61,530 bases of DNA from Octopus bimaculoides (GCF_001194135.2 NC_068998.1:27570180-27631709); one strand, 5' to 3'; positions 48,833 through 61,530 are shown, numbered from the stretch's first letter. Program-made: numbers and translations. Notes: generated by a model from the letters alone, not told the origin.

Positions 48833-51329
48833 GCCGACTGATCAGAAAGAGGCTAGGTTAGCACGTTAGTATAAATGATATGTTTATATGGTTTTTCCCT
48901 CTTCATTCGAAATTTTCTTGCAATCATATGCAATTCGATTCATTAAAGAAATTGTAAAATTAGTTAGGAAATAAAAAAGAAAATATAAAAGTATAATTCA
49001 TTTTTATTTCAAGTACTGTATAACGATGATGGGTACTCGGTCTTTTAAATGAAACTTGATTACTGAGGAAAGAGTAACTGTTGATTGTACTTTGTAGAAC
49101 ATTTTAAACCATAGTTTATGGCATATATGACATACATTTGAGTGGTATTCTGGATAGTATATGAAGAGATGCATGGTAGTGTCAAATGTATGAATACACA
49201 AAAAAAAAAACGAAAAGGAAAATAACATGATATACTTTTCCAAAATCATTAATGACATATTTGAAGAAGAAAAATACACTGCTCTAGAGAAGGAATGCTA
49301 TCAATGATAAAATGATTCTTTCTTTTAAATGATCAATTAATGCCGAGATCTTCATGTGGACAAGATTTTCTTGATTATGAGAGTAGTTCTGAAAATGTAT
49401 CAAAAGTTAATTGCTCTAACATATCCTTGCTGAATATACACAATACTAGATCTCTTATTTTGCTTCCAAAAATCTGGAATTTCCAAAATCAGTACCTACA
49501 TATTTAAAGAAGAAAAATACACTGATCTGGAGAAGGAAAGGTATCAATGAAAAATGGCTTCATCATCATTTAACGTCTGTTTTCCATGCAGGCATGGGTT
49601 GGATGGTTTGATAGGAGTTGGCTAGCTGAAGAGCTGCCCAGGCTCCGCCCCACCACCACCCTGCACATAATCTATCCTTGATAACCCTGGCCCCCTCACA
49701 TTCCATCTTCTTAACACATCTCCCTTCCCCACCTATGTTTACAATCTACTGTATTTCCCTTCCTGTTATTCCAGTGGTTCTTAACCATTTTTTAAATCTA
49801 TGGATCCCTTTGATTGCTATTTTATTCTGGTGGACCCCATAGCAATTCGATGTTTAAAGACTAGTTTTATAGATACTGCTTTCAAAATTCCGTTCTATTT
49901 TTCACATTTTCACTTGCATAGAACTAACTCTCCAAAAGAACCTGTTTCAGTCGTTGGAAACATGTTAAAGCATTAGAGAAAGAAATCAAGCTGTTTCTTG
50001 CAATAAATATATCTAAAGCAAAATTTTCTATGAGCCTTTAAAATACTATTGTGGATTTCCAATTTATTGTTTTGCTTGTGTGGACTCCCAAAAATCATAT
50101 ATGGATCCCAAGGGGTCATGTGGACCAATCTCTCCTGTTGAATCTCTTCTCCACAACATATCTTCCTAACAACTTGTCCCTCTACTTCTGTCCACTCACT
50201 ACATTACCCCCTCTTTACCCTCCACTTTCCTTTCACAATCTCATGAACTTGCCTACCCATTTATCCTATCCAATCCATGGCCCCTCTTCACTTAATCATC
50301 TTTTCGCCCCTCTCTCTTCTCTCTTTTCTATTGAAGTAGAGATGTATCTCCTTTGTTACAAGATGCCTATTTTTGTCCCTCTACCCATATTCTAAACTCT
50401 CATCATCTGGCACAAAAGCAACCTCCCTCAATATTACTCCCCACCCCAATCAGGGGGTCCTATCTTGTAAATTATTTGATGACCTTACTGCTGTTGGTGC
50501 CATGCAAAAAGTACCCAGTACACTCTGTAAAGTGGTTGGCATTAAGAAAGGCATCCAGCCATATTAAGCATTAATAACCATTCTAAAACAGACAGTAGAG
50601 CTTGAAGCAGTCTTCTGACTTGCCAGTTAGTGTCGAACCATCCAATCCATGCCAGCATGGAAAATGGATGTTAAATGATGATGAGAAGGAGGAGTAGTTT
50701 TGTTCTTCAACATATCTTCGAACTCCAATAGCAATAACAGGAATAAATTTGTATAAAGTTTAAAATTGCCTGAAACAAATGTCCAGAGCAGAATATATTT
50801 GGAAGAACAGAAAACAAAACATCTCATTAATATTTTTAAAAATTCATTTGTTTTGCTCAACAGCTAATTGTATGGCTTAGGTGGAAACATCAACTGTATA
50901 ACTATTACATAATTTAGTTGACCGTGATAAGGAAGTAATTTCCTCAAGGACATGTTTTTGAAATTTGGCAATCATATACATATACGTGTGAGTACACAGA
51001 TGTGTGTGTGTATTTCATCATCACCAGTAGCAGTATCACGGGTTGGATGGTTTGACAGGATCTAATGAGACAGAATGTAGAGATTGGAGCATGGCACAGT
51101 TGTGCCATGCTCCAATCTCTACATTGGCATGATTTCTACAACCAGATGCCCTTCCTAATACCAACCACTTTACAGAATGTACTGGGTGTATTTTTTAGCA
51201 TGGGCTTGATCAACTTGCAAGTTGCAAGACTGAGGATATAACAAGGCCCCATAACTGAAGGAGACTAGAAGAGAGAGGTGAAATGATTCTGGTCAGAGAG
51301 GTGAGGGTGAGAAAAGTAAGATGAGAGGA

Positions 51330-51960
51330 GTATATTAATAGCTTTGACTGGATGATATTGGAGATGACACAATTCATGTAGAATAGTGATGAGGTGGATC
51401 GTGTAGGTATGTCCAGGGTTATCCTACATTATACAGGTGAGTATGGATGGATCTTGATCCTTATGAAAATGTTGGGCCTCTTTCAGACTCACTATCAAAA
51501 GGATGCAAACACAGGTGTCACAAACCTGATTCAGCAGTTGATCTCTGTTGTTGATGCCACGTTCTTCTCTGCAACCAGTGAGCCAAGATATTTTAACTCT
51601 CAGACCTGCTCAGTTGGAATGCCATCAAGATGCACAATGAACAGTAAGCTATCTGTTGTTAGAACTTTCATCTTGTCCATGTCGATCCTGAGACCATAAG
51701 GCTGAGCAAAGCGGGCAGTGTTGTACAAGGTATCCGAAACAAAGTGAAGAAGACCTGAAATCCCAGCACCTCAATCGAAAAGCATGGTTTAACATCATCA
51801 CCAGAGTCCATCATCCAACAGTATATTGGTTGAGAGGACAATCTCCCTCTCCCGTCTCCAACTAGGAATTGAAGAGGAAGAGTATGGATGGAAGGTAAAA
51901 AGGAAAAGGAAGAGAGAAAATAACAAGGGTTGCAAGGAATCATGGGAGAGTCATTGAAGG
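51330..51960 (-). mobile_element. RTE-like LINE RT fragment
   Basis: Minus frame ELKYLGSLV...TEINC*IR (KYLGS..EI..RI motif). Confidence 0.6.
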
Positions 51961-52794
51961 GAAGAGAAGTATGGAGTTTGTGTGGGTAAGCTAGAATTGG
52001 AGAAATGAGAGGACTTGTTGGAGTGATGAAAAATCTGTGGCAAAGTCAGTGAGAGAAAAGGAGGTAGAGGGTGTGGTCACAGTGGGTGAGTGAAGTGAAA
52101 GCAATGAAGGAAGGAGGCTGGAGATTATTATAGATGTAGGGGGAAGGAGAAAGTATAAATGCAGAGAATGCATCCCTGATGGTGAGGCTATGGAGAGAAC
52201 ACAGTGAGAGCAAGGTGTAGGGAAGCAATGAATGTAGCGAGTACAGTGAAAGAAAGAAAGACTGGAGTGCATCCTAGTGTTGCAACATCTAGTACATGTT
52301 GGGTAGTAACTGAGTTGGCCTGGGAATAGAAGTGTTGGTTGATAGTGCAACAGTATGAGTATAACACGGAGAAGCTACAGTGTATTGGTTGGTGGGTGTA
52401 AAGATGATCAAGAGCAGTCTCTTATATATGGGCCTAAGTAAAAGACAAAGGGGCCTGTGTGAAGTGCAGTTTGCTCAGCTGATGGAAAGCTGAGATGGAG
52501 GCAGCTATGAGTGATGAGTAGATAAGAGTTGTGGCAGTGATGGGAGTGAGGATAAAAAGTAAGGTGGAAGGATGCAAGACGTGGGGTCAGTAAGATGGAC
52601 TTGGTTGGGAACAAATATATATTTATATAGTTGTGTGACTAAGAAGCTTACTTCCCACCATGTGGTCTTGGGTTCGGTCGCACTGCATGGCACCTTGGGC
52701 AGGTTTTTTCTACTATGGCTCTGGGCTGACCAAAGTCTTTTGAATATATTTGTTAGATTTCCACTTATATATTTCCATGCATTTTTGATCAAAT

Positions 52795-53165
52795 CTCCTG
52801 TGAGTTAACCTGGGATCCCTTGATGACAATGTAGTCTTCATTTAACTAAGGTATCTTAGGCCTGATGAGTAGCTTGTGGAGTACTCTTCGTTTGGGTAAT
52901 TACTACTTCCAAGGTTCTGCTAGCTATGAAATGTATGTAGCCTGGATTTTATCTATCCATTACCTAAATTTGGATTTTTATTTGCATACACAGCAACCCC
53001 AGTTGCTAAACGTGAATAATAAAACTTTTATGATCAAACTTTGAAATGGCAAAAATTTACAACCTTCTATGTCAATAAACAACTATTATTCCTGAAAGTT
53101 GTTTTTTATACCTTCTATGGACTGCTCAAAGCTTACTAACTTCCTACACCTTGATCCTCAAATCT
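52795..53165 (+). mobile_element. ~350-bp hammerhead-containing repeat (Penelope pLTR or retrozyme monomer)
   Basis: Colinear similarity along its length to the reverse complement of 4045-4390; contains the hammerhead. Confidence 0.65.
52858..52943 (+). ncRNA. Type I hammerhead ribozyme (minimal stem III, Penelope/retrozyme-like), near-intact
   Basis: Stem I AGGC/GCCT, core CTGATGA (52862-68), stem II GTAGCT/AGCTAT, GAAA (52928-31), 2-bp stem III with GTAT loop, GUA cleavage triplet (52937-39). Confidence 0.75.
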
Positions 53166-53211
53166 TACCTTTACATATACATACATACATATATATATAT
53201 ATATATGTATA

Positions 53212-53613
53212 TATTTTTTTATTTGATTCAGTCATTTAACAGCAGCCATGCTGGAGCACCACCTTTAGTTGAGCAAATCGACCACAGGACTTATTTCTTG
53301 TAAGCCTAGTACTTATTCTATTGGTCTCTTTTGCTAAACTGCTAAGTTACAGGGACGTAAACACACCAGCATCGGTTGTCAAGCGATGGTGGGAGGACAA
53401 ACACAGACACATAAACATGCATATATATATATATGTATATATATATATATGATAGGCATCTTTCAGTTTCCATCTACCAAATCCACTCACAAGGCTTTGG
53501 TCGGCCCTAGGCTATAGCAGAAGACACTTGCCCAAGATGCCACGCAGTGGGACTGAACCTGGAACCGTGTGGTTGGTAAGCAAGCTACTTACCACACAGC
53601 CACTCCTGCGCCT
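53212..53613 (-). mobile_element. tRNA-derived SINE, near full length
   Basis: Near-identical to 14283-14660. Confidence 0.85.
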
Positions 53614-53621
53614 ATATATAG

Positions 53622-54198
53622 TATAGTCGTCACTAAAGTGACATAGGGTACTAGTCAGCATCAGCATTGCTAGAAATAAGAGTCAAAACAACACTTAGCC
53701 ACCGTTACAAGCACTTTTCTAATAACTGACAAGGGAGACATGATTCGTCCCTATGGCAAGTGAGATGGAGTCATATCAGCACTGATTTCAGATTTGATTA
53801 ATCTTCATCAGTGACCCATTACTCCATCGCCAAAGGTTAAAGAACTTAACTCACCCTGTCAGTCTTATAGAAGAAACACTGAATGATTCCGAAAATGGTG
53901 AAGTGAGAATTATAAATTATTAAGGTGGCTATTTGCAATTTAGGTGACTATTCGCAATAAAGTGACCGAGTATGCTAGTCAGCATCAACATTGCTAGAAA
54001 TAAGAGTCAAGACAATTTTTAGCCATGCGAGAGTACTTTTCTAACGACTGACATGTACATGGATGGTCGTAGGAAAGGAGCTTGCCTCCCTTGTTAGTCA
54101 TTAGAAAAGTGCTCTCATGTGGTTAAGTTGTTTTTGACTCTTATTACTAGCAATGCTGGTGCTAACTATCACCCTCCGTCACTTTAGTGACGACTATA
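53622..54198. mobile_element. MITE with long TIRs and TA ends, plus an internal third copy of the arm
   Basis: tatagtcgtcactaaagtgac / gtcactttagtgacgactata; the arm motif recurs at ~53960-54050. Confidence 0.8.
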
Positions 54199-54282
54199 CT
54201 TGTTGCCTTTAGGATGTGCACCTTATCAGATGCCTTTTGCAAGTTGCCTTTAGGTTGTAAATTGCAAAAAGCCATCTTAATA

Positions 54283-54318
<36 letters not shown>

Positions 54319-54627
54319 AGCCTGTATGGTCTGGCTAAGTCANNNNNNNNNNNNNNNNNNNNNNNNNNNNNNNNNNNNNNNNNNNNNNNNNNNNNNNNNN
54401 NNNNNNNNNNNNNNNNNNNNNNNNNNNNNNNNNNNNNNNNNNNNNNNNNNNNNNNNNNNNNNNNNNNNNNNNNNNNNNNNNNNNNNNNNNNNNNNNNNNN
54501 NNNNNNNNNNNNNNNNNNNNNNNNNNNNNNNNNNNNNNNNNNNNNNNNNNNNNNNNNNNNNNNNNNNNNNNNNNNNNNNNNNNNNNNNNNNNNNNNNNNN
54601 NNNNNNNNNNNNNNNNNNNNNNNNNNN

Positions 54628-54662
<35 letters not shown>

Positions 54663-55065
54663 TTTGGCTTGGCTCTATGCAACTTAAAGTTTTGTATGCT
54701 TATCAAAAGAACCTATTCCATAAGGTTTGATTGCAATTATTAATAGAACTGGACGACTACTTTTATGCTAAATTCGTTTCGGAGAAAATTTCATTAAAAA
54801 ATATCCATTTTCTGGAAGTTATGAAACAACAAAGTCGGTGTGTGTGTGTGTGTGTGTGGGAAAACACGTGTATAAATGCCAAAATTGTTTCGTTATATTA
54901 ATATATTTAGTTTGTCAATTGCATTTATAAAAGCAAACCAAACATTTTAAAAATTGATCTCATGTCAGCTGTTATTTTGAACCAAGATCAAGACTTCTAG
55001 GAGAGCAGAAAGGTGAGTGGTTATTTCAAGGGAGGTAATTCAACTTATAACCTCTTCACAGAAAC

Positions 55066-55157
55066 ATGGCGTCTGCAGCGTCAATCTCTGCAGCATCGCG
55101 ATCTGTTTCTTCTACTCGTCCATGGAACCCAAACTTTACTCACTGCGATAGAGAAAG
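55066..55157 (+). CDS. Candidate first coding exon of an unidentified + strand gene (MASAASISAASRSVSSTRPWNPNFTHCDRE-)
   Basis: aaacATGGCG Kozak context, CpG-richer than surroundings, donor AAG|gtatat; no downstream exon identified in the window. Confidence 0.35.
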
Positions 55158-55556
55158 GTATATCTGTTACAACATTTAATTTCAAATACACAATTTCTAT
55201 TAGATATCTTGCTAGATTTATATTCTTGACACCCGACGTTCACATATGTTTATCTACTCCCATACACCAAGTTTTACTATGAAACATTTTTATGTTTTTG
55301 ATTTTTTTGTGGGGGATGAACTTAATTGAAAAGTCACTTCTTAGGTCTTACTAATAATATTACTTCAAATTTTATGCATCTTTACTATTGTTTCAATTTT
55401 TAATACCCCATTTATTCAGAATTATAATAGTGATATATATGATCGTGCGTACAAACCGAAGGAAAAAAATAACTTAATTCGGTACTGAAGAAGTACCCTT
55501 AATTCAGTCAGTAGTTTTTCGAGGAGTAGCGATGGAGTAAATTATCAGCTTCAAAC

Positions 55557-55596
<40 letters not shown>

Positions 55597-55989
55597 CATC
55601 TGTTTTCTTCATTAACATATTTCGGATTAGCAGTTGTTTTCTAAGAATGACACGTGTGAGGAATTTATATCAACAGTTGCATCTTTTTAAACGTTTTGTT
55701 TGTACATTGGGATCAGTACTAAATGGTGTTTCATTCCCATCTAAACAAAAACGATTTATTTGCATTGATTCAGGGAGAGTGAAAATACTTTCACAAAATT
55801 AAACTGTAGAAAAAACGGAGAAAAAAAAACTGAAAAAAATCAGTAAATAACTACGCAAAATAGACACACTCCCTCAATCATACATTGCGCTTGAGGAAAC
55901 TGGTGTTCCTCTCTATTAATTTTTGAGACGTTCTAAAACAGCAATACTACTGGTGATTGCGAACCTGAGGTGCTGGAACATCCAGGCAC

Positions 55990-57900
55990 CCTCACGAACA
56001 TCATCTGACGCAAATGAAATTAAAATTTTACTTGTTAGCCGTTCAGTTCCCCCTCCCCGTCAAACGTCTCAAGAACCACAGATTTGAAAATTTAATTTAG
56101 CGACAGATTACAATATTTCACTCCTTTATTTTCGTCAGTTACAAATTCGATAACCCCAATCTCTGCGGCGACAGTAAGGACGTGTGATAGAGCAAACGAA
56201 TCGCAAACAATGGTGTTCCATAGAGGTTTCCTCCACTAGTCAAAAGCAAAGAGTTGAGTCCATCGGATCTCTTCCCATCGTTCTTGAACAATCATTTTGG
56301 CCCCAGAATTAACGGCATTGTTTCCCGTACAGGACTCGTTTAATGATTAAATTTATTTTGTGGTGACCTAAACGACCCTCATTTATATGGCAGTTCATAA
56401 AGACCTCCGGAACCGAGGGGATACCACCACGACATCTCATTCTCTTACATACATCACCCCCGACTCTAAGAAAAACGGAGGTGTGTGGCATAATTGGGCT
56501 AAGTAAGCTACTGATGTTTGCAACGACCAAAATGAAAACCCAATCTCCAGAATAAATGGTATTCACAGAACAGTTGGAAGCACTTTGAGTATTGATCAGT
56601 TTGATTTAAAAGAGCAGAGAATGTATTTCCAAAACTGAGTCAGTTTTTTCCACTTTGGAACTAAGAGTCCAAGTCCCTTTCACAGTTGTAGAGCTTCATT
56701 TACACATCTGTTAGGGTGTGTTGTTCATATTTGAAAGGAGAAAATGTTGTCTACCGAGGGGGAGCAAGCATGATTAGACAAAAAAGGAGATGGTAGGGAC
56801 TAGAGAGGAAAATCAGTGTAAACCAAGAATCACTTTAACCTGAAAAAAGAAAAAAAGACAAATTGATAGAGCTTGATTACATTGTTAGTTTTGTGTAAAT
56901 CGTTTTGAGATTTGACATGTTTGAAAGATAGGTGGGTTTGAAAACAAGATTGGAAATTGGAGCTCCAAGGGATACCCATGCCAGTTGGGTGGGACCATGA
57001 TGGAGAAAAATTTGGAGAATATATCTTTCATAGCCTGTAGAAAAGATGAATGGTCAAGTATACAAAGTTCACATCTGGAATTATTTACTTCAAGACCCCA
57101 ACAACTAAGTTCCTTAATTATCAAGTTCACTGTAACAATAACATATGAAGGGAAAGGGTCTTCAACAAGCATCATCAAGGCACCAGACCAGATTCAAATT
57201 AGACTCCTGTCTGGCAATATTAATGCCCAGTGCAAATAATGCAGAAGCAAGTGTGTCATTTTGTGAAACTTCTAAGCAGAAAGAATGTGCTGCTCACTAA
57301 AGGATAGAGATGACTCCCAACAAGCAAAGCGGTGAAGCTCTGGAACCCTTTCTTCCACTGAGCTGAGAATGACATCATGCCTGATTGAACTGATGGTGTT
57401 TTCTAAACTGAGTTTGAGAACTGGGGACCTTATGAATATCCTTGTGGCATGGACAACTGCTTCACATTCCATTTTATTGCCAACATCAAGCTGAACAGGT
57501 GAAAATTGCTAAGGGAGGTAATGGAAAACTAATGACAAGCATAATTTTGACATGAGTACCTCAATATACATCCACTTGCTATGAGTTGGTAATCACCATT
57601 AGTTTTAAAGAGACTGAGTAGCTTAGAAACCAGATGACAGAGGATGTATTTAGGAGAGGATACTCTCAGCAGAAAATTTGTTTACAAATTGCAGGAGACA
57701 TTCCAAAAGCTCAAGGCCAACATCACTGGTCGATAGGGAGTTGCCAAACCCCACAGAAACAACTAAACAAGGTACTCAGCATTACACTGAGCAAGAGTAG
57801 AAAGAGAAGAGAAGAGACTGCTCTTTTGATGTTATGTTTAATGAATTTGACTTTGATAGCTTTCTTCAAGTTTTGGACACCAACTGGCATTATATGGTAA
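55990..57900 (-). mobile_element. Decayed CRE-clade non-LTR retrotransposon (RT, CCHC and RLE)
   Basis: PVQLDVG..MECEAVVHATR, LKLSLENTISSIRHDVIL..V.ERVPELHRF, VWCLDDA, GLEVN.SRCE, GRLGHH.IN.IIKRVL, DGKRSDGL; many frameshifts. Confidence 0.75.
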
Positions 57901-57999
57901 TAAGAGCAAGTGTGGTGTTATTCTATATACACTTCTCTCCAGTGACATCTGGATTCTCTTTTGCACTCTACTAAGCAATGTAAAACACCTCTGATCCTT

Positions 58000-58715
58000 A
58001 CAGCATAAATCTTTTTTCTTATCCCCTTACTATATATACCTGAAATCTAACTTCTCTTTTAGTTATTTGGTATTTTTCTCTGCTGTCTCCTTCGTTCTAA
58101 TATTTCCAAGCCTGTCTTTTAGTCTTTAACACTCTATCTATAATACTATTCTTCCATCACTGCCACATCCCCTTGTATCTGGTTGGGACCTTGTTCTGTC
58201 CACAAATCTCATCCATAGGAAGTTCAGCAGGCTGTTCGGTAGAAACTCCCAGTTTTCCTTTGTTATAACTCTCTGTTTACTACTTCTTTATGTCATAAGC
58301 ATCAATCAAAATGTCCTTGAATCTAAAAAAAAAATGCTGAAAGCTCTTTCAGTATTCATATCTTTCTTCTCTAAATTGTCTTCTGTCTTTGAGTTCATTT
58401 AGCTCTTACTCTAAATTCACAGGACAAAAACCTGGCATTTACAACCATCTACTTGTCTTCTTGCCTGTTGAGGATAAAGTTTATCTGGTTGAAGTGTTCA
58501 TATTGCAAGTGGTAGGTCATTTGTTTCACAAAACTCCAGGAACCCTGATCCTATTCATTCACTGTACTATACCATGTACACCAGAGAAGCCATCATAAAG
58601 CTATCTGACATGTCCATTAAAATTGCCAGTTGTAATTATGTGGTTACTAACATTTATTATCAAGGTAGTCTCCATGAGGGTTTCATTGAAGTTGTCCTGT
58701 TTATCCTCCAGTCAT
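58000..58715 (-). mobile_element. RTE-type apurinic endonuclease fragment
   Basis: Minus frame TGNFNGHV...GFSGVHG...LEFCETNDL...QINFIL. Confidence 0.65.
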
Positions 58716-58875
58716 CTCCACACATGGTTCATAAGAAGTATTAGCAATTACTTTATTTATTTGTATTTCTTCTAACAGTATGTCAATTCCACCCAATACC
58801 ATTATGGTTGTGTGGTTGAGAAGTTTGCTTCCAAACCACATGGTTTCAGGTTCAGTTCTATTGAGGTTTTTACTA

Positions 58876-60180
58876 TATGAAGGTGAGCTGAAAAGTTCAT
58901 AGGCTGATCTTACATGCATTAATTTCAACTCTTTTCATTAATAACTGCATTGTTTCTCTCCAGGTAAACTGACACCTAACTGTTCAAAGAAGACTTAAAA
59001 AATAACTATTGTAACTGCTCTTGAAAATGGACAAAATTTGTCATCATGATGTTATCAAGTACCTGCAGAAAAAGGGTTTAGTCTCCTATGACATTCATAC
59101 CAGCTTAGTTGCTACATTAGGGAATGATGCTCCAGGTTTAACAACAGTGCAAAAGTGGGCAGCTGTATTTAGGAGGGGAAGGAAAAGTCTTGAAATGATC
59201 GAAGGTCTGGACATCCTGCAACTGCCACGACTAAGGAAAACATTGATTGTGATCACCACATGATGGATGATAGGTGGTTGACTATAAATCAAATAACCAA
59301 TGTATGGAAGATGGACGTTAAATGATGATGATTAGCATATCCTGTGAGAGAGAGTAGAGAATACTTGGCACAATGAACTTGGCATGATGAAGGTTTCTGC
59401 TTGGTGGGCGTCATGTCTTCTGACATCTGATTAAAAGCGCACCAGGCTGATTACATCACAGGCATCACAGGAAAATCTGACACTGTTTGAAGCCAATTCA
59501 GCTGGTTTCCTTGAATGTTTCCTAAGACAAGATGAGTGTTGGGTTCAACACTTTGAACAAGAGACTAAAAGACTATGCATGCAGTAGAAACTCCTCTCTT
59601 CACCTGCTTTAAAGAAGGCCAAGGTGGTCCCATCTGCAGGGAAGCTGATGGCCTCAGTTTTTTGAGATGCAAAAGGCATTGTGTTTATTGACTCATCAAA
59701 AGGGTCACAACATCAATGGAGAGTACTATGCCAATTTATTGAGGCAGTTATGAAAGGCTGTCAAGACCAGATGCCCAGGGAAACTGATGAAAGGGGTTTT
59801 GTTTCATCAGAACAATGCTCCAGCACTCAAGTCCTTGGTTTCAATGGCTGCTGTGCATGATTGTGGCTTTGAACTGGTTGATCACCTTCCTATTCTCTTG
59901 GGTTGGCTCAATTTGACTCTTATCTGCCCCCCACTCGGATTAAAAAAAACACTTAGTTGGGAACCAGTATCACAGTGATGATGACATTGTATCTGCTGTT
60001 GGTGACTATTTTTGAGTAACAGGATGAAAGGTTCTTCACCAAGGGAACCCAAGCACTGCAACACTGATGGAAAAAGTGTGTGGAGCACAAGGTGGTGGGG
60101 TCTATGTTAAAAATAAAGCTCACATGGCCTCATTCCACGAGAGTATCTTGGTCAGATTATGAACTTTTCAGCTGACCTGC
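58876..60180 (+). mobile_element. Decayed full-length mariner, same family as 1082-2358
   Basis: TIRs tatgaaggtgagctgaaaagttcataggctga / ggtcagattatgaacttttcagctgacc; MKMDKICHHDVIKYL, KGVLFHQNNAPALKS; several stops. Confidence 0.92.
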
Positions 60181-61336
60181 TTAGCCTCATGTTGACCAAA
60201 GCCTTTTGAGTTGATTTGGTAGAAGGACACTGAAGAAGTTTATTGTGTGTGTATGAGGCCCCTTCTAATTATGTCAAGGGAATTGGCCCATGCTAAGGCT
60301 GCTGGCAGGATTCATCTGTTACTATTCCACAATGACTGGTTATAAAATCAGATAACAAATCCTATTTAGAATTATGAAGAGCATCTTTTATATCTTTTAA
60401 CTTGTAATATTTTCTGTAGAAACTGATAAAATTGGCTGCTGTTAAACAGTAACTCCTCCGTTGATCAATCATATATTCTGGTACAATGAATGTGAAGTAA
60501 ACAGCCAGTGGATTCTTACTATTTCATGACAAGGATTGTGAGCCATTCACAGATCTAATACTTTTAACATATAATAATACCATCTTCACTGAAGGAAATT
60601 CTATTTGGAATTCCACTAATTTTATCATCAAATGGTTTGTTAACTAAATATGTTAATTGCTTTTCCTTTAAGCTAAATATCGTCGTTTTTATAGTTTTAT
60701 TTGGATAATATCTGATAATTCCATGTTCCACTTTAACTCATCTTTAAAAAAGTAATTCCAAATTTTTATATTCTAACAATATCATTAAGTGGTAGCTGTA
60801 CTCAGCCTTGCTTGAGTTTATTAAAACCAAATCCACTCATAAAGCTTTGGTCAGTCTGGGGCAATAATAGAAGACACTTAACCTAGGTGCTATGCAGTGG
60901 GACTGAATTCAGAACAATATGGCTTGAAAGCAGACTTCCTTCTACACTCCATCACCTGCACCTAAATAAAAATCTTTTTTTTTTTTGTATTTTCTGGGAA
61001 AACATACTCTTTTTCAAAATTTACATTACTCTATAGCCTTTTTCTGTCAGGAGCTAAAATGAACGAATTTCAGAGAAAGTTACATAACCTATGATCTTCT
61101 CTTTGTAAAAAATGTACATCCAGACAAAATGTCAGCTATGTAGGACAAAACTGTGGCTTACAATTTGGAACGTCCATACATTCACTTCTATATATTAAGA
61201 AGAAAATAAAATTACAGACGATGTAATCTGAAAGGCTCAGTTTGAATTTTGATATTCAGTAAATTCATTTTCTGTAGCATATACTATAGCAGCATCTGTT
61301 TAATTCTGCAATAGCATGATATGTCAAATTTTCTTA

Positions 61337-61482
61337 GGTGTGGCTGTGTGGTAAGAAGCTTGCTTCCCAACCACATGGTTCCAGGTTCAGTTCCACTGCA
61401 TGGTACCTAGGGCAAGTGTTTTCTACTATAGCCTCGGGCCAACCAAACCCTTGTAAGTGGATTTGGTAGATGGAAACTGAAA
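61337..61482 (+). mobile_element. SINE 5' part
   Basis: aggtgtggctgtgtggtaagaagcttgcttcccaaccacatggttccaggttcag; other partial copies at ~23545, 41795, 44826, 52625, 58800 and 60828. Confidence 0.75.
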
Positions 61483-61498
61483 AAAACCCCAAAAAAAC

Positions 61499-61530
<32 letters not shown>

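Noticed and set aside
48803-48845. AAGATGGCG as the start of a + strand gene
   Set aside because: The frame closes after 11 codons; it is better read as a YY1-like promoter motif.
58389-58598. Plus-strand ORF with an AG acceptor in phase with the 55066 exon
   Set aside because: The opposite strand encodes RTE endonuclease motifs (GNFNGHV, LEFCE), so it is a shadow ORF.

Overview
AT-rich eukaryotic genomic DNA, inferred to be cephalopod (Octopus-like) from its SINE families, (TA)n microsatellites and gene content. It has four N-gaps (10869-11047, 20602-20611, 42726-42736, 54343-54627). Two complete spliced genes converge tail-to-tail. MCMBP is on + (15 coding exons, 20292-34579, 613 aa) and ILF2/NF45 is on - (14 coding exons, 48755-35073, 401 aa). 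All exon phases close without frameshift. A probable first coding exon of a third gene lies on - at 8418-8562 (possibly SEC23IP, by weak similarity and synteny), and a weaker candidate first exon lies on + at 55066-55157. The rest is decayed mobile DNA: mariner copies, RTE/CR1/CRE/R4-like LINE fragments, a hAT transposase relic, tRNA-derived SINEs, several MITE families and a solo LTR. Three observations stand out. (1) A ~350-bp dispersed repeat carries a type I hammerhead ribozyme core (Penelope pLTR or retrozyme-like), with one near-intact copy at 52858-52943 and two decayed copies in inverted arrangement at ~4045-4495. (2) MCMBP has a minor-spliceosome (U12) intron whose frame and homology point to rare AT-AA termini. 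(3) ILF2 has a predicted 3'UTR intron, overlapping convergent 3' ends with MCMBP, and a ~125-nt element duplicated in two of its introns. All assignments come from manual reading and recalled family motifs; no database search was run.
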